A stretch of DNA of 64,000 nt, taken from the NCBI GenBank assembly GCA_964016885.1, contig OZ024741.1, positions 123,628,001 through 123,692,000 on the forward strand, given 5' to 3'. This DNA comes from Eledone cirrhosa. Taxonomy: Eukaryota. Below, piece by piece: positions 1-14,769 of the stretch; position 1 is the stretch's first letter, and every line of letters starts with the position of its first letter. A program made the position numbers and the translations under genes. The notes under the pieces were generated by a model. That model did not search any database. It had not been told where the DNA came from and worked only from the letters and a program-made list of their open reading frames with translations.

Positions 1-14
1 ATATATATATATAT

Positions 15-179
15 ATAGGAACGAGTGGGACCCCGACGGCTGAGCTCAAGCCGTTTCGACGGCTAATTCTGGACCCCATCGGGGTCCCACTCGTTCCTAT
101 TACCCACTCTACTACCCTAAGTATTGAGTACTTTGGTGCATTATGGTCCACCTGGTTCCTTACCACATTTCCTTCGTTA
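15..179 (+). mobile_element. Short fold-back element, family A (PLE pseudo-LTR-like), between TA tracts
   Basis: Arm 15-36 is the reverse complement of 79-100, followed by an unpaired tail 101-179. The inverted part reads GAAAC-GGCT-tgagctc-AGCC-GTC-GGGGTC on the minus strand (HHR 3' half). A second copy lies at 32033-32223. Confidence 0.75.
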
Positions 180-686
180 TACATATATATATACAATTCT
201 GTGTGTGTGTGTGTGTGTGAGTGAGTGTATAAATGATGACTTCCCTCATGCAGTGATTTCCAATCAAATACTTTCAAGATGATGAAGACATACACTATGA
301 TGACAAAACTAAAGCTCCTCTACATTTGGCATAACACAACTTGCAAGCGCGATTGTTCATACCACACTTTTTGAGGGACAAATCTACAAGAGTAGTCGTA
401 TACATTGTGACAAACGAACAGGTTTTCTCAGAATACTGCAAAGAATCCACCACCGTATCTGTGACTCTCTGTAGTCCATGTCTTCAATCTTGTAGTTTTT
501 AAAGTGGCACACACTTTTTTGAGAATCAGCTACTAATAAGTTAACACTATTGAGTTAGTAGCAAATAAACGCAAAAAAGCAAATACAGCCTACATACATC
601 CGAGTACGTGTAATTTACTTGGAAAATACGTTAAATGTGTGTGTAATAATTTGTGTGTTTGAGTCTATATATATATATATATATAT

Positions 687-1202
687 GAAAACAGGGAGAA
701 GGAGACGATTATGAGGAAGAAAAATATATTTTCTGGAAAAATATATTTTCTGGGTTAGAAAATGAATAAAACGAAATGTTTTACTTTGTAAGAAGTGTTA
801 ATGTATCAGTTGATTTATTTATTATTTAACAATGGCATTTAGCTATCTATTTAATTATTGCCTATTACCGGTTTCAGCATTTATATGCATTATTAAATGA
901 TAGTGAAATGTATTAATGTGGTGTCGCACATATTAAACAGAAGGTGCAGAAAGCATAATGTTATTTAAAACAAGGTTTAAGAAGGGGAAAGAAAAAAGAA
1001 AAAGGAAAAAAAACGTGCATAATGTGGAACGTAAAAAGTCAATGTGAAAGAAAAAATAATGTTATTTACAAGCACAGTCATTGAAGTGAAGCAGATCAAA
1101 ATGTGTTAATATAGCAAGAGTGCTTAGTTGAACCATGCTTAACTTCAATGACTGTGCTTGTAAATAACATTATTTTTTCTTCCACATTGACTTTTTACGT
1201 TT
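687..1202 (-). mobile_element. Old PLE-like 3' end with decayed HHR and a 60-bp inverted repeat
   Basis: Minus 862-903 reads TTAATAA-tGCAT-ataa-ATGCt-GAAAC-CG-GTA-atag (core decayed from CTGATGA). Inverted arms are at 1028-1087 and 1142-1202. The segment starts at a TA tract. Confidence 0.5.
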
Positions 1203-1843
1203 CTGCAGATAAAAATCGATAGGGGGTCACCTCTTTTTTAGGTATCGAAAAATAAGGTTTTTGGCCCTAGCTCCCACATTTTGCCACCGATTTCGTTCAA
1301 ATTTTAAATCAAAATAGAATTTATCATTGCACATCCTGTAATGCTTTTATTTTTGCATTTGTTCTTCAGTGACCGCGTGACAGCCGCTTAAATATTCTAA
1401 AATACCACTTTTAGACTCAAATTTACACTTCTTCGGCTCTAGCTCCCACATTAATCAACCTATTTTGTTCAAATTTTACTCTATGCTTGATCTGATTATT
1501 GCACATCTTATAGTGGCTTTACATTTTGTATTATTTGTTCATGAACGGCGTGGCAGCCGCTTAAATATTCGAAAATACCACCTTTTCACTCAAATTCCCA
1601 CCTTTTCGGCTCTAGCTCCCACATTTTTCAACCGATTTCGTTCAAATTCGAAAATCCCTCCCCCGGCATGCCTCTTCGTCAGACACCCGCCTTTCTTAAT
1701 GATAGAGGTCATCACCACCCTACTCCGCATGGCCTGTGTGTGGCCATAGATGAGTCATCGAGAAGCAGTCGCTAAGATCAACACCTTTTAATCAAAGCAG
1801 ATATTACTTTACCTACCTAGGCAACGCTGGGTACTGCTGCTAG
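1203..1843 (+). mobile_element. Non-autonomous Helitron-like fragment (3' end) with ~172-bp internal tandem repeats
   Basis: Subterminal hairpin ACCTAGGCAACGCTGGGT (1815-1832), then CTAG (1840-1843) followed by T, the Helitron 3' signature. The motif CTAGCTCCCACATT recurs at 1267, 1439 and 1612. The 5' limit is approximate. Confidence 0.7.
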
Positions 1844-1996
1844 TATTAGAATAAATATGGTTTTATAAATATAGTTTCCATTTATTAATATCATTGATAT
1901 TATACTCTAGAAAATCTGTCGAGTGCTTCGTATCAGTTATAAATATATATATTTCTTCAATTACCAACAAATTAAGTATCCCTTTTGCTTATATAT

Positions 1997-2132
1997 ATAT
2001 TTAATATAGAAATGGCTTCTACAGGACTAGAACTGTTTTATTCGAAGGAAATCATTAGAAGCCATTTCTCTATTAAATATTTATACTCTTCTATGTATTG
2101 AGTACCTTAGTTACTGTGGTTACACCCAATTG

Positions 2133-2135
<3 letters not shown>
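1997..2135 (+). mobile_element. Short fold-back element, family B
   Basis: Arms 1997-2021 and 2056-2080, tail 2081-2135. The minus strand of arm plus spacer reads AAAAC-AG-ttctagtc-CT-GTA-GAAGCC (HHR 3' half, G12 mutated). The tail shares GTATTGAGTAC with family A. Confidence 0.6.
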
Positions 2136-2212
<77 letters not shown>

Positions 2213-2751
2213 CACTAACACACGCATATATATATATATATATATATATATACTATTGATACGAAATGCATAGAGAGCTCATTTCATAATCATAGCTGCA
2301 TATATGTGCACGTATATTTGCACTGTATATATATGCACGTATATTTTCACTGTTTTTTGTTTCTTATCAAGCAGTTCGTTTTGATTTTAAAAAGATTATC
2401 CTGAAATGTATATCTGAGAAATATTTTTCGTTTCGTTAGGTTCCTGGGATATTTTTAGTCTTATAGTGTACAATTTATTTTCTTCCATTTCCATTTCCTT
2501 GTTTCGGTTTCCTCAAAACACTTCTTCAAGACATCATTCATTGTATTTGCGATGGATTATTGTAAATGTGGGCCTGAAGATCATGAGACAGCTAATCACA
2601 ATATGAAAGACAAACTGACCTCATCACCATCAGACACACCCACGTACTTCCCCTCTGTATTTTCCTCTCCAGCATATGGAATGATCGTGAAATATCCAAA
2701 GATGTTCTCTAGAAAACATCAATTATCTGGTATGATTTCAACGTGAAATTG

Positions 2752-2823
2752 TGTATGTATATATATATATATGTGTGTGTGTGTATGTGTGTGTGTCTGT
2801 GTGTGTGTATTATATATATATAT

Positions 2824-2882
<59 letters not shown>

Positions 2883-3193
2883 TGTGTATCTATATATATA
2901 TACATATATATATGTATATATATATATATAGTGTGTATATATATATATATATAGTGTGTGTATATATATATATATACATATATATATGTATATATATATA
3001 TATAGGGTGTGTATATATATATATATACATATATATATGTATATATATATATATAGGGTGTGTATATATATACATATATATGTATATGTGTATATATATA
3101 TATATATACATATATACATATATATATGTGTATATATAAATATATACATATATACATATATATATACATATATACATGTATATATGTGTATAT

Positions 3194-3245
<52 letters not shown>
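2752..3245. repeat. Compound (TA)n/(TG)n microsatellite with higher-order units
   Basis: Recurrent TAG(T/G)GTGTG...ACAT...ATGT blocks within TA runs. Confidence 0.95.
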
Positions 3246-3247
<2 letters not shown>

Positions 3248-3458
3248 CGTTTCTGAATTTTGTTTAGCAAGATTCTTTATCTGAAAACGTGTGTTGAAAC
3301 CGATATTGTTATACTTTGGGAGGGTCATGTTGCCAATAAGAAACACACGCACCAGTAGCTTTCACTTCAGTTTATTATAAATTAAATTTATAAATTTAGG
3401 AATTTATAAATTTCCGGTTGGTTGGTTGGTTCCACAACCAGATGATTGTTCATATATT

Positions 3459-3499
3459 GTCAAAGTTCTTTCGTCACATTCTGTGACCTCTTCAGTGAC
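3459..3499 (-). ncRNA. Minimal type-I hammerhead ribozyme
   Basis: Reverse complement of 5291-5331: GTCA-CTGAAGA-gGTCAC-agaat-GTGAC-GAAAG-aa-CTT-TGAC. Confidence 0.7.
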
Positions 3500-3782
3500 T
3501 GGGAATTCTTTTCTTTGTTTTTTGTGCCTCTCCTTTGTTCTGTCCTACGTCATCTTGTTTTTGTCTGTGTTGTGTGCTTAGTTTGCGAATATATTACGTC
3601 CGGGTGTCTGTGTGTGTTTATATTTGTTTATTTATATGTTACTGGTTGGTTGTTTGTTCTATGTGTGTGTGTGTGTGTTTTGATTTTGTCTTTAATTGTA
3701 AGTTGTGATGTTGCTGTTCCATTCATGTTTCCTATTTAATTTTGGTTGCAGTTCATTTATGTTTATTGCCTCTGTGATTTGT

Positions 3783-4556
3783 CTAAACATTACGTCTTTC
3801 GTGTGTAGATTCTATTTTTATTTCTTTGTTCTCTAATTTACCATTATGTTCTATTTTAGCATGTTTGTGGAGTGCAGATGATTCTTTACTATCTTGAATG
3901 TCTCGCCAGTGTTCATTTATCCGTTCCCCTACACTACGAGCTGTCTCACCTATGTACTCTATATTCTTATCTCTACATTGTCCTTCAGTACATCTTATGC
4001 TATATACTACATTTCTAGTTTTACAGTTAATAGGGGTGCTTAGTTTACAGGTTATACATTTCTTATCTATACAGGAAGGTCTTTGAAAAAGGTATGTATT
4101 GCTAATAAGTGTTTTTATGGAGGTACCTGGTCTTTCTACTATCTTAATATTGAGTGTATGTTTATCTAGGGTCCTTCTATATTTGTAAGCTAATTCACCT
4201 CTAGGGGTTGTATTGTTGAACATTACACTCTGGTATTTATTGCTATCATACCATGAGTTTATTCTATTAACCTTATTCCTAGTTCTTTCTATTCTATTCC
4301 AGGTCCCATTTGTATCATTATTTACCATTTTTTCCCATTTGGTTCTGGCTCCTCTATATACTCTGATTTTATCTCTCTGATTGTAACCAGAGAACGGCAT
4401 ACGGTGGATGAATTGTTGTGTGTGTCTCTCTAGTTCTTTGGGGTTGCACAGGCGGGACACGTTTCTCATCACCCGTACCAAATCCGCAATCAGTATGTTG
4501 ATTTTGGTATGGTCCGAAACAGCTGAGTTTCGGTGGATCAGATATTTGGAAGTCAT
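3783..4556 (-). pseudogene. PLE polyprotein C-terminal fragment (thumb + GIY-YIG)
   Basis: VVY...YIGET motif with conserved Arg/His; the upstream RT core is absent. Confidence 0.85.
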
Positions 4557-4696
4557 GGGTTTAGCATAATGGTAATGGAGGATTTGTTTTTTTGTTATTA
4601 ATGGTATCTAACCAGAGCTCTGTCTCTAGTACAGATAATAGATGGTTGGGGTGTTTGCTTGGGTAGTCTATAGTAACTCTAATACTCTGGTGGCAA

Positions 4697-5483
4697 TATA
4701 TACCCTTTTCAAAGACATCGTTGTATAGATAAGAAATGTATAATCTGTAAACTAAGCTCCCATATTAACTGTAAAACTAGAAATGTAGTATATAGCATAA
4801 GATGTACTGAGGGACAATGTAGAGATAAGAATATAGTGTACATAGCTGAGACAGCTCGTAGTATAGGGGAACGGATAAATGAACACTGGCAAGAGCTTCA
4901 AGATAGTAAAGAATCATCTGTACTCCACTAACATGCTAAAATAGAACATAAGGGTAAATTAGAGAACAGAAAAAAAATAGAATCTACACACAGAAAAGAC
5001 GCAATGTTTAGACAAATCACAGAGACAATAAACATAAATGGACTCCAACCAAAATTAAATAGAAAATATGAATGGAACAGCAATATCACAACTTACAATT
5101 AAGGACAAAATGAAAACACACACACACATAAAACAAACAACCAACCAGTAACATATAAATAATCAAATATAAACACACACAGACACCCGGACGTAATATA
5201 TTCGCAAACTAAGCACACAACACAGACAAAAACAAGATGACGTAGGACAGAACAAAGGAGAGGCACAAAAAACAAAGAAAAGAATTCCCAGTCACTGAAG
5301 AGGTCACAGAATGTGACGAAAGAACTTTGACAATATATGAACAATCATCTGGTTGTGGAACCAACCAACCAACCGGAAACTTATAAATTCCTAAATTTAT
5401 AAATTTAATTTATAATAAATTGAAGTGAAAGCAACTGGTGCGTGTGTTTCTTATTGGCAACATGACCCTCCCAAAGTATAACA

Positions 5484-5486
<3 letters not shown>
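4697..5486 (+). mobile_element. PLE right arm (GIY-YIG remnant + 3' UTR), inverted relative to 3304-4095
   Basis: Diverged reverse complement of the left arm, with the same terminus ...CCCAAAGTATAACAATA followed by (TA)n. Confidence 0.9.
5291..5331 (+). ncRNA. Minimal type-I hammerhead ribozyme
   Basis: Stem I GTCA/TGAC, core CTGAAGA, one extra G, stem II GTCAC/GTGAC, GAAA, 2-bp stem III, CUU cleavage triplet. Confidence 0.7.
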
Positions 5487-5558
<72 letters not shown>

Positions 5559-6820
5559 TGTGTGTCTGTAAATATATATTTGTATATATATGTGTGCATA
5601 CAAAGTCACTGACACAAAGGCTTGCGCGTATACACACAAATATGTGTATTTTTGAATATATATATAATCACGATCTTATAAGATTTTTTCCATACGTATA
5701 TCAACAATATGATTCGATCATTGTAATCTCTGGCTGCACATATGTTAGATATATTTATAAAACAGAGCTAGTTCGAAACTAGATATAACTTCTTTCCAAT
5801 AACCTGTTCATTTCTAGAAATGAGGCACCTAATGAAACCGATCAAAGACATAGTGTAGATGTAAATATGAAGAAAATGATTGTATTTAAATCAGAAGTTG
5901 ATACTTCGAATATCTATAACTATACTGATAGTAACTTTTCATATTCAACTACAGCATAAATCTGAATTAAACATGTTTGACAATAACGAACGAATTGAAC
6001 TTCAGTATAAATTAAATTCTCTGATCAGAATATCTGAAAACGCCCGAACGTTTCTAAAATATTGAAGAGAAACCACGAGAAAAACTGGCAAAAATTTTAA
6101 ACTTATATTAAACATTGTGTGATATGTGGTTATAACAGTTTTTAAAATCGGTGTCATGCGAATTTGAAATACTTAAGTAAAACGTAAAGTGGTCATCGAC
6201 TCTTGCCACTCCCACAATTTAGCATGTCACGACTTCTACAATCAGTAGAGTGCCGCTCGTTAAAAACAGCATACTCAAAGCATTGTGATCATAAAATACC
6301 TCATGACATTTCATATCTAAAAGGATGAAGTAATGTATGTTTTTGATTTATGGAGTTTAGTAAACTTAACTGAAAAGTATTTCTGCTGCGTATTGAATAA
6401 AATATAGAGCAAGCATTCTAAAAGAAAAGTTAAAGCCATTAGTAGAAATATAAAAGGGGCAAATGGTGATAAATGGCACAATACAATGAAATGTTTTACC
6501 AAGTATATTTCAACATATTATTGAAGGGCTAATACCCTATTTTCCAATGTGAAGCTGATACTGTTTAAAACAAAACAGACAATTGATGTTTTCTTCTGTA
6601 TACACATGCGTGAAATCGTTACAGTAGCCAAGTTGCTTCGTACAATTCCAATCCTGAATCGTGGTCCCGTCCCGAGTGTGCCAGTTGTATATACTGCCCC
6701 TCCTAACGTAAAATGTTATAGCTTTATGTAGCATATTTTTCTTCAGCTTTTGGTTTGGAAAAGGGTGTTATCTCTGAAAATATGAGGAGTAAAACGTTAA
6801 TTTGTTTGGTAGTATTTTTC

Positions 6821-6861
<41 letters not shown>

Positions 6862-6866
<5 letters not shown>

Positions 6867-7921
6867 ATCATCATCATTTTACGTCCGCTTTTCCCTGCTT
6901 GCAAGGGTTGGACAGGTCCTATTTCAGCACAGCATCTCTCCACTTGTCACGGTCCTTCGTCATCACCTCGGTGAGTTTCAGCGATCTGAGGTCTGCTCTC
7001 ACCACCTCCGCCCATGTTTTACGTGGTCTGTCTCTACTGCGTCTTCCTTCTACTGGGATTTCTTGCCACGTCTTTACCCAGCGGTCATTCTCCATGCGCA
7101 TCACATGTCCATACCATTTCAGCCTTCTCTCCTGCACACCACAACTTATCCCTCTTTTACCCAGTTTCTTTCTCAACTCGTCTATGCTTGGTCGTTCACG
7201 CACATTGACATTGCATATCCGACGGAGCATACATGCTTCATTTCTCTCCAGCCATCGCATATCCTCTGAAGTTGCTGCCCATGTATCACTACCATGCAGC
7301 ATCGCGCATCTCACACAAGCATCATATAACCGTCCTTTCGTACGCAGGGAGAAACCCTTCTTTGTCAACAAAGGAAGCAGCTCCCCAAACTTCTTCCAGC
7401 CCATCCTTATTCTAGATACTATGACCTCGGAACACTCACCTCCCATGCTAATCAGATCACCTAGGTACCAGAAGCTATCAACCACTTCTAGAGAACCTAC
7501 TTGCATTGAAAAAATGTGTCTATCACTGTGATTACTACTGCCAAATTTCCCTGTACATCTACTGCATACGTAGTTTTCACTACCTGTTAGTTTGCCTGCT
7601 ATCCCACTACAACTCTTATGTACCCATGATCTGCATTGCGTATATTTTTTAGAATTTATGCCAGTTCCGTTCCTACATATCAAACATGACCATTTCCCTG
7701 ATGGAATCGGAGTATTGTTCTCTCTTCTACTTATCAACACTTTCGTCTTAGCTATGTTTGCTCTCAGTCCTCTTCATTCCAACTGGTGTTTCCATAGTCA
7801 GAATTTATACTCTAGCTGGTCTACTAATTCTGCTATAAGAGCCAGATCGTCAGCATAGAGAAGTTCCCATGGGCATCCACTCTTAAACGCCTATGTTATG
7901 GCTTGGAGGATTATACAGATT
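6862..7921 (-). mobile_element. RTE-clade LINE, 5'-truncated, with stops; PHD-like finger inside the RT C-terminal region
   Basis: The minus frame reads GCPWELLYADDLAL (about 7840-7880), then ORF 6919-7740 with YLGD, MLHGSDTW, RRLKWYGHVMRM and RPRKTW. It has a (TGA/TAA)n tail, and the 5' end abuts a TA tract. Confidence 0.9.
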
Positions 7922-7930
7922 ATATCTATA

Positions 7931-7979
<49 letters not shown>

Positions 7980-7983
<4 letters not shown>

Positions 7984-8236
7984 GTAGTTTAGAAAGCCAC
8001 AACAATGCAGATGGGAAATCTCGAGGTAGGAAGTGAATGATAGATAGGAGAAATAGGAGAAAGTGAAAATTGAGAGAGACAAAGATGAAAACAAAACAAA
8101 GGTAGAAGGGTTACCGTAGTGGAGATTTAATCTATCATTCACTTCCTACCTCGAGATTTCCCATCTGCATTGTTGTGGCTTTCTAAACTACGTATTTTAC
8201 ACATTTCACAATGCTTCAAGCAAACTTTAACACCCT

Positions 8237-8240
<4 letters not shown>
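7980..8240 (+). mobile_element. Short fold-back element, family C
   Basis: Perfect 66-bp arms 7980-8045 and 8130-8195; tail 8196-8240 containing CACAATGCTTCAAG; TA tracts on both sides. Confidence 0.75.
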
Positions 8241-8294
<54 letters not shown>

Positions 8295-8297
<3 letters not shown>

Positions 8298-8391
8298 GGA
8301 AAAAATGAAACAATATTTCAATTCTCACTCTCAGTACGGCTGTTACTTAAATATAAGTATGTATACGTACATACATATATATACATACATG

Positions 8392-8426
<35 letters not shown>

Positions 8427-8760
8427 GTATGGATTTACCGAACACTTATTATAATGCTCGGTGTGTTTGTAAACAAACATCCCGAATTAAGCCGTACAGT
8501 GTTTAGCAACCACCGTTGCCCTTTTGTTCAACACTGACAAAGGAACGATTTACTAGTCAAGCTTATTAGCTATCGCCAGCACCGTATACCTTCCTGCCTG
8601 ATGATTGAACGTCTGAAACTATATACTTTCCTTATGCACATTAATGGCTGAGCAGCCTAATTTACATATCGAGTGAGTTAATCGGCCGGGTGCACCGTAC
8701 GTACGTAGCTTCACTCTTCTTCTTTTCTTAAGTTACAACATATGAATGTTTTTATACACC
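8295..8760 (-). mobile_element. Diverged single copy of the HHR-bearing unit found at 36401-37650
   Basis: Colinear similarity over about 400 bp; HHR remnant at 8545-8585 (CTGGCGA core, GAAA eroded). Confidence 0.8.
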
Positions 8761-8800
8761 TATATATATATATATGATGAATCCATCATCATATATATGT

Positions 8801-9138
<338 letters not shown>

Positions 9139-9206
9139 GTGTGTGTATGCGTGTGTAGGTGTGTATGTGTGTGCGTGTGTGTGAGTCATGTGTATATAGG
9201 TCATAG

Positions 9207-9248
<42 letters not shown>

Positions 9249-9252
<4 letters not shown>

Positions 9253-9683
9253 TAAAAGAGAAATCACAGGTAAGCATTAAGAGAATGATTTATCCAGGTA
9301 TTTACGACCGTTTCATTGGTAAGTGCAACCTTATATTGCTATACTGCAAATAGCAGCCACTCAATTATAATTGATGTTCACGTCCAAATTTTCAAAATAG
9401 TCTTTTGAAAATTTGGACGTGAACAACTATTATAATTGAGTGGCTGATATTTGCGGTATAGCAATATAAGGTTGCACTTACCAATGAAACGGTCGTAAAT
9501 ACCTGGATAAATCCTTCTCTTAATGCTTACCTGTGTTTTCTCATTTATACTTTATACTTCAAGATTGAACGGAATCCTTACAAACTTGTGGTGTTACCTC
9601 TAACCGTACGTTGAAACCATACATGAAACTGACTTTCTTAACCACGAACTGGATCACAATAAGCAATTTTCTGCTTCCCTAAC
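9249..9683 (+). mobile_element. Fold-back element, family D
   Basis: Arms of ~150 bp at 9249-9397 and 9403-9551 with a 5-nt loop; GAAAC-GGTC-GTA at 9486-9497 (HHR 3' half); tail 9552-9683; TA tracts on both sides. Confidence 0.8.
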
Positions 9684-9713
9684 TATATATATATATATAT
9701 ATAAACACACTAC

Positions 9714-9975
9714 GCCGGTTACGACGACGAGTGTTCCAGTTGATACTGAGCATTCCACAGACACGCGTAAGCTTTACGTAGTCCTCAGGGAGATTCAGTG
9801 TGAAACATTGTATGCCAAGGCTGGTCCTTCGTATTACAGGTACGTTTTTGTCAGCTGCGTGAACTGGAACAACGTGGAATAAAGTGTCGTGCTCAAGGAA
9901 ACAAGGCACCGCCGTGAATCGAACTCACGACCTTACGAATGTGAGCCGAATACACAAACCAGGCACTTTCACCTA
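9714..9975 (-). mobile_element. tRNA-derived SINE (CORE-like family), degenerate
   Basis: Minus strand has the B box GAGTTCGATTC followed by TCCTTGAGCACGACACTTTATT; similar to 63408-63528. Confidence 0.7.
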
Positions 9976-10359
9976 CATAAATTCATATATAAACAAACAC
10001 ACACATGTGTATATATATATATTTATATAAACACATACAAGCACACACACACATATATATATAAACATACACACACACGCATACACATATACAACCAAAC
10101 GGCCACATAGACACATATAAACACACACACAAACATATATATATATATTCACCGACACAAATATATATTTAAACACACACATATAAACACACGCACACAA
10201 GTTTATAGAAACACACAAATACGCACACATATACGCACACATGTATATATACATACACACACATATATATGCATACACACATTTATATATAAACACACTC
10301 AATAACACAGAAACTTTACTGTGAAACGCAATATTAAAAGATTTTTCTTCACTTCTACA

Positions 10360-11385
10360 AATATCCTGCCACTCTCTATCAAAATATTAGCCCTCACTCA
10401 CTAAAACATTATTCCTTTCTAACTCTCTCTACATACTGCTACCATGCCTCACTCTCTCTCACTCTCACAATTCCTTCTCTCTCATTAACCCACAACAAAC
10501 TCTCACTCTCTCACTAGACCAGCATACTCAGTCCCCTCTCTATATCCGACAACATACCCCACTATCTCAATCTTACAATCCCTCTCTCTTACTAAACTAC
10601 AAAACTATCTCCCTTTCTTTATGTCTCACTCTCACAATTCACTCTCTGACACTAAACCACAAAAACTTTTCGCCCTCTCAATATACCACTACATAACTCA
10701 CTCTCTATCATTCTCACAATTACCCCTCTCTCACTAAAACAACAAACTCTCACCTCCTTCACTTTATACCACTATATAGCTCACACTCAATCAATTCCCA
10801 CTCTCTCACTAGACGACTAACTACATACCTCACTCTCTCTCACAATTCCACCTCTCTTACTAGACCATCAAATTCTCTCCATCCTCTCTATATTCAACTA
10901 CATAATTCACTCTATTTCTTTTAATTCCTCCCCTCTCACTACACCAACAAATACTCCCCCTCTCTCTACATACCTCACACTCTCTCACAATTCCCCCTTT
11001 TTCATTAGACTACCAACATGTCTCCCGATCTTTATATTCCACTACATACCTCACCCCCTTTCCCTCTCTTAACTCCCTCTCTTTCTCTCTCACTAGGCTA
11101 ATAAACGCTCACCTATATCACTAGGCAAATCGACTCTCACCCATCTCTATATCCCACTAAATACCGCACTCTCTCTCTCAATTCTGCCTCTCTTACTAGG
11201 CCACCAAAATCTCTCCGCCTCTCTATATTCCACTATATAACATATTCAGTTTCACTCTCTTAATTCCGCCACTCTGACTAAAGCAACAAATAATCTCCTG
11301 CTCTCTATATCCCACTACATACCTCACTCTTGCTCACGATTGCCACTATCTCACTAAACTACCTAATTCTCTCACTTTTATATTA
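10360..11385. repeat. Degenerate C/T/A-rich minisatellite (~70-80 bp unit)
   Basis: Recurring CTCTCTCACTAGACCA...CACTACATACCTCACTCTCTCTCACAATTCC; strongly G-poor top strand. Confidence 0.75.
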
Positions 11386-11387
11386 CA

Positions 11388-11442
<55 letters not shown>

Positions 11443-11462
11443 TATATACAAATATCTATAAA

Positions 11463-11548
<86 letters not shown>

Positions 11549-11588
11549 TATATATAAATAATATATATATAAATAAATATATATATAA

Positions 11589-12063
11589 ACGTTTGAATTT
11601 GTAAAGCCAAACAATGCAGGTATGGACATAGAATAAAAGTGCGAATGCAAAAGATATTGTTGACAATTAGTCTTTTACCTTAGATTTATTTAAATGTCGT
11701 TACTTTTCGAGATAATATCTCTTCTTCGGAGGGAAGTAAAGCGGTTAGACCAATGTACTAAATAGCTTGCTAAGTCATGGTGACATTAAAGATAGAACAG
11801 ATACTCTATACCATTTCCTGTCAGCATGACTTGACAAGCTATTTAGAACACTGGTTTAACAGCCTTATTTCCCTCCGAAGAAGAGATATTATCTCGAAAA
11901 TTAACGACATTTAAATAAATCTAAGGTAAAAGACTAATTGTCAACAATATCTTTTGTATTCGCATTTTTATTCTATGTCCATACCTGCATTGTTTAGCTT
12001 TACAAATTCAAACGTGTATACCTCATTACACAATGCTTCAAGTGAACTATAACTTCCTCCAAA
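11589..12063 (+). mobile_element. Fold-back element, family C2
   Basis: Diverged ~197-bp arms 11589-11785 and 11819-12015; tail 12016-12063 with CACAATGCTTCAAG; HHR-like CCGAAGA-aGAGAT-att-ATCTC-GAAA at 11875-11899. Confidence 0.8.
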
Positions 12064-12185
12064 TATATATATATATAAATATATATATAAGTATATATAA
12101 ATAAATAAATATATATATACAAATATATATATATAAAAATATAATTATATATATATGTTTTTATATATATATATATATATATATA

Positions 12186-14195
<2,010 letters not shown>

Positions 14196-14769
14196 GAGAT
14201 ATTGATGAGGAGACGTGAAGAGCCATGCTGTGTTGGTTTCTGTACATAGCTCTTTTGATAATTACTCATAATGAAAAATGTTTCATAATATCAAAAAATA
14301 CGATAAAAATGTTTTCAGCGGATATTATTGAATGGATATTTTTAGTACAACATTGTCCATACTGCTTTCACTAGACATCATTTATCTTAGGTATAGTTGC
14401 ATTTATTCATTTAAAGAACGAAGCAGTTTATTAATGTTGCGTTGATTATTAAGTGTTTCTGTTAAAAGAAATAAAGAAGTTGAAATTATTGTTTGCAAAG
14501 AGTCAACACACACGAAAATAGTTGTCTGGAGAAATCAATAATTTGGTTAGGTATTTCAAACTTTTGAAAACACTTTTTCCTTTTAACAGTCTCTGCAAAA
14601 GTACTGCGAAAGCACTCGATCGCTATAAAAAAAAAACTACAATAAGACATGTGTGTCTGCATGTCTATAGAGAGAGGCGGATCCCCGATGTATATTGGGA
14701 GGTGACCACAGTTAAGAAAAGGTGCCCTCTTTATGATTTTTTTTCGAATGAAACAATTCTCACTTTGAT

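Larger units (their letters stand above)
3304..4693 (-). mobile_element. PLE, 5'-truncated (RT thumb + GIY-YIG endonuclease + 3' UTR); left arm of an inverted pair
   Basis: ORF 3783-4556 has a Cys-rich linker CIDKKCITC...NC followed by VVYSIRC...EYIGET...RINEH...H (GIY-YIG). HHR in the 3' UTR. Same family as 4697-5486 and 58978-60853. Confidence 0.9.

Noticed and set aside
5345-5410. Second GAAA + long hairpin downstream of the HHR
   Set aside because: No CUGANGA in any of the three copies; only an AT-rich hairpin.
6537-6734. 65-aa minus ORF with a faint C-type-lectin-like D.NC...L.YC pattern
   Set aside because: Too short and lacks other diagnostic residues or clear splice sites.
8598-8625. 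CTGATGA...GAAAC on the plus strand, resembling a hammerhead
   Set aside because: Stem II does not pair and the better-preserved copies read CCAGATGG/CCAGGTGC here. The family's real HHR is on the opposite strand.
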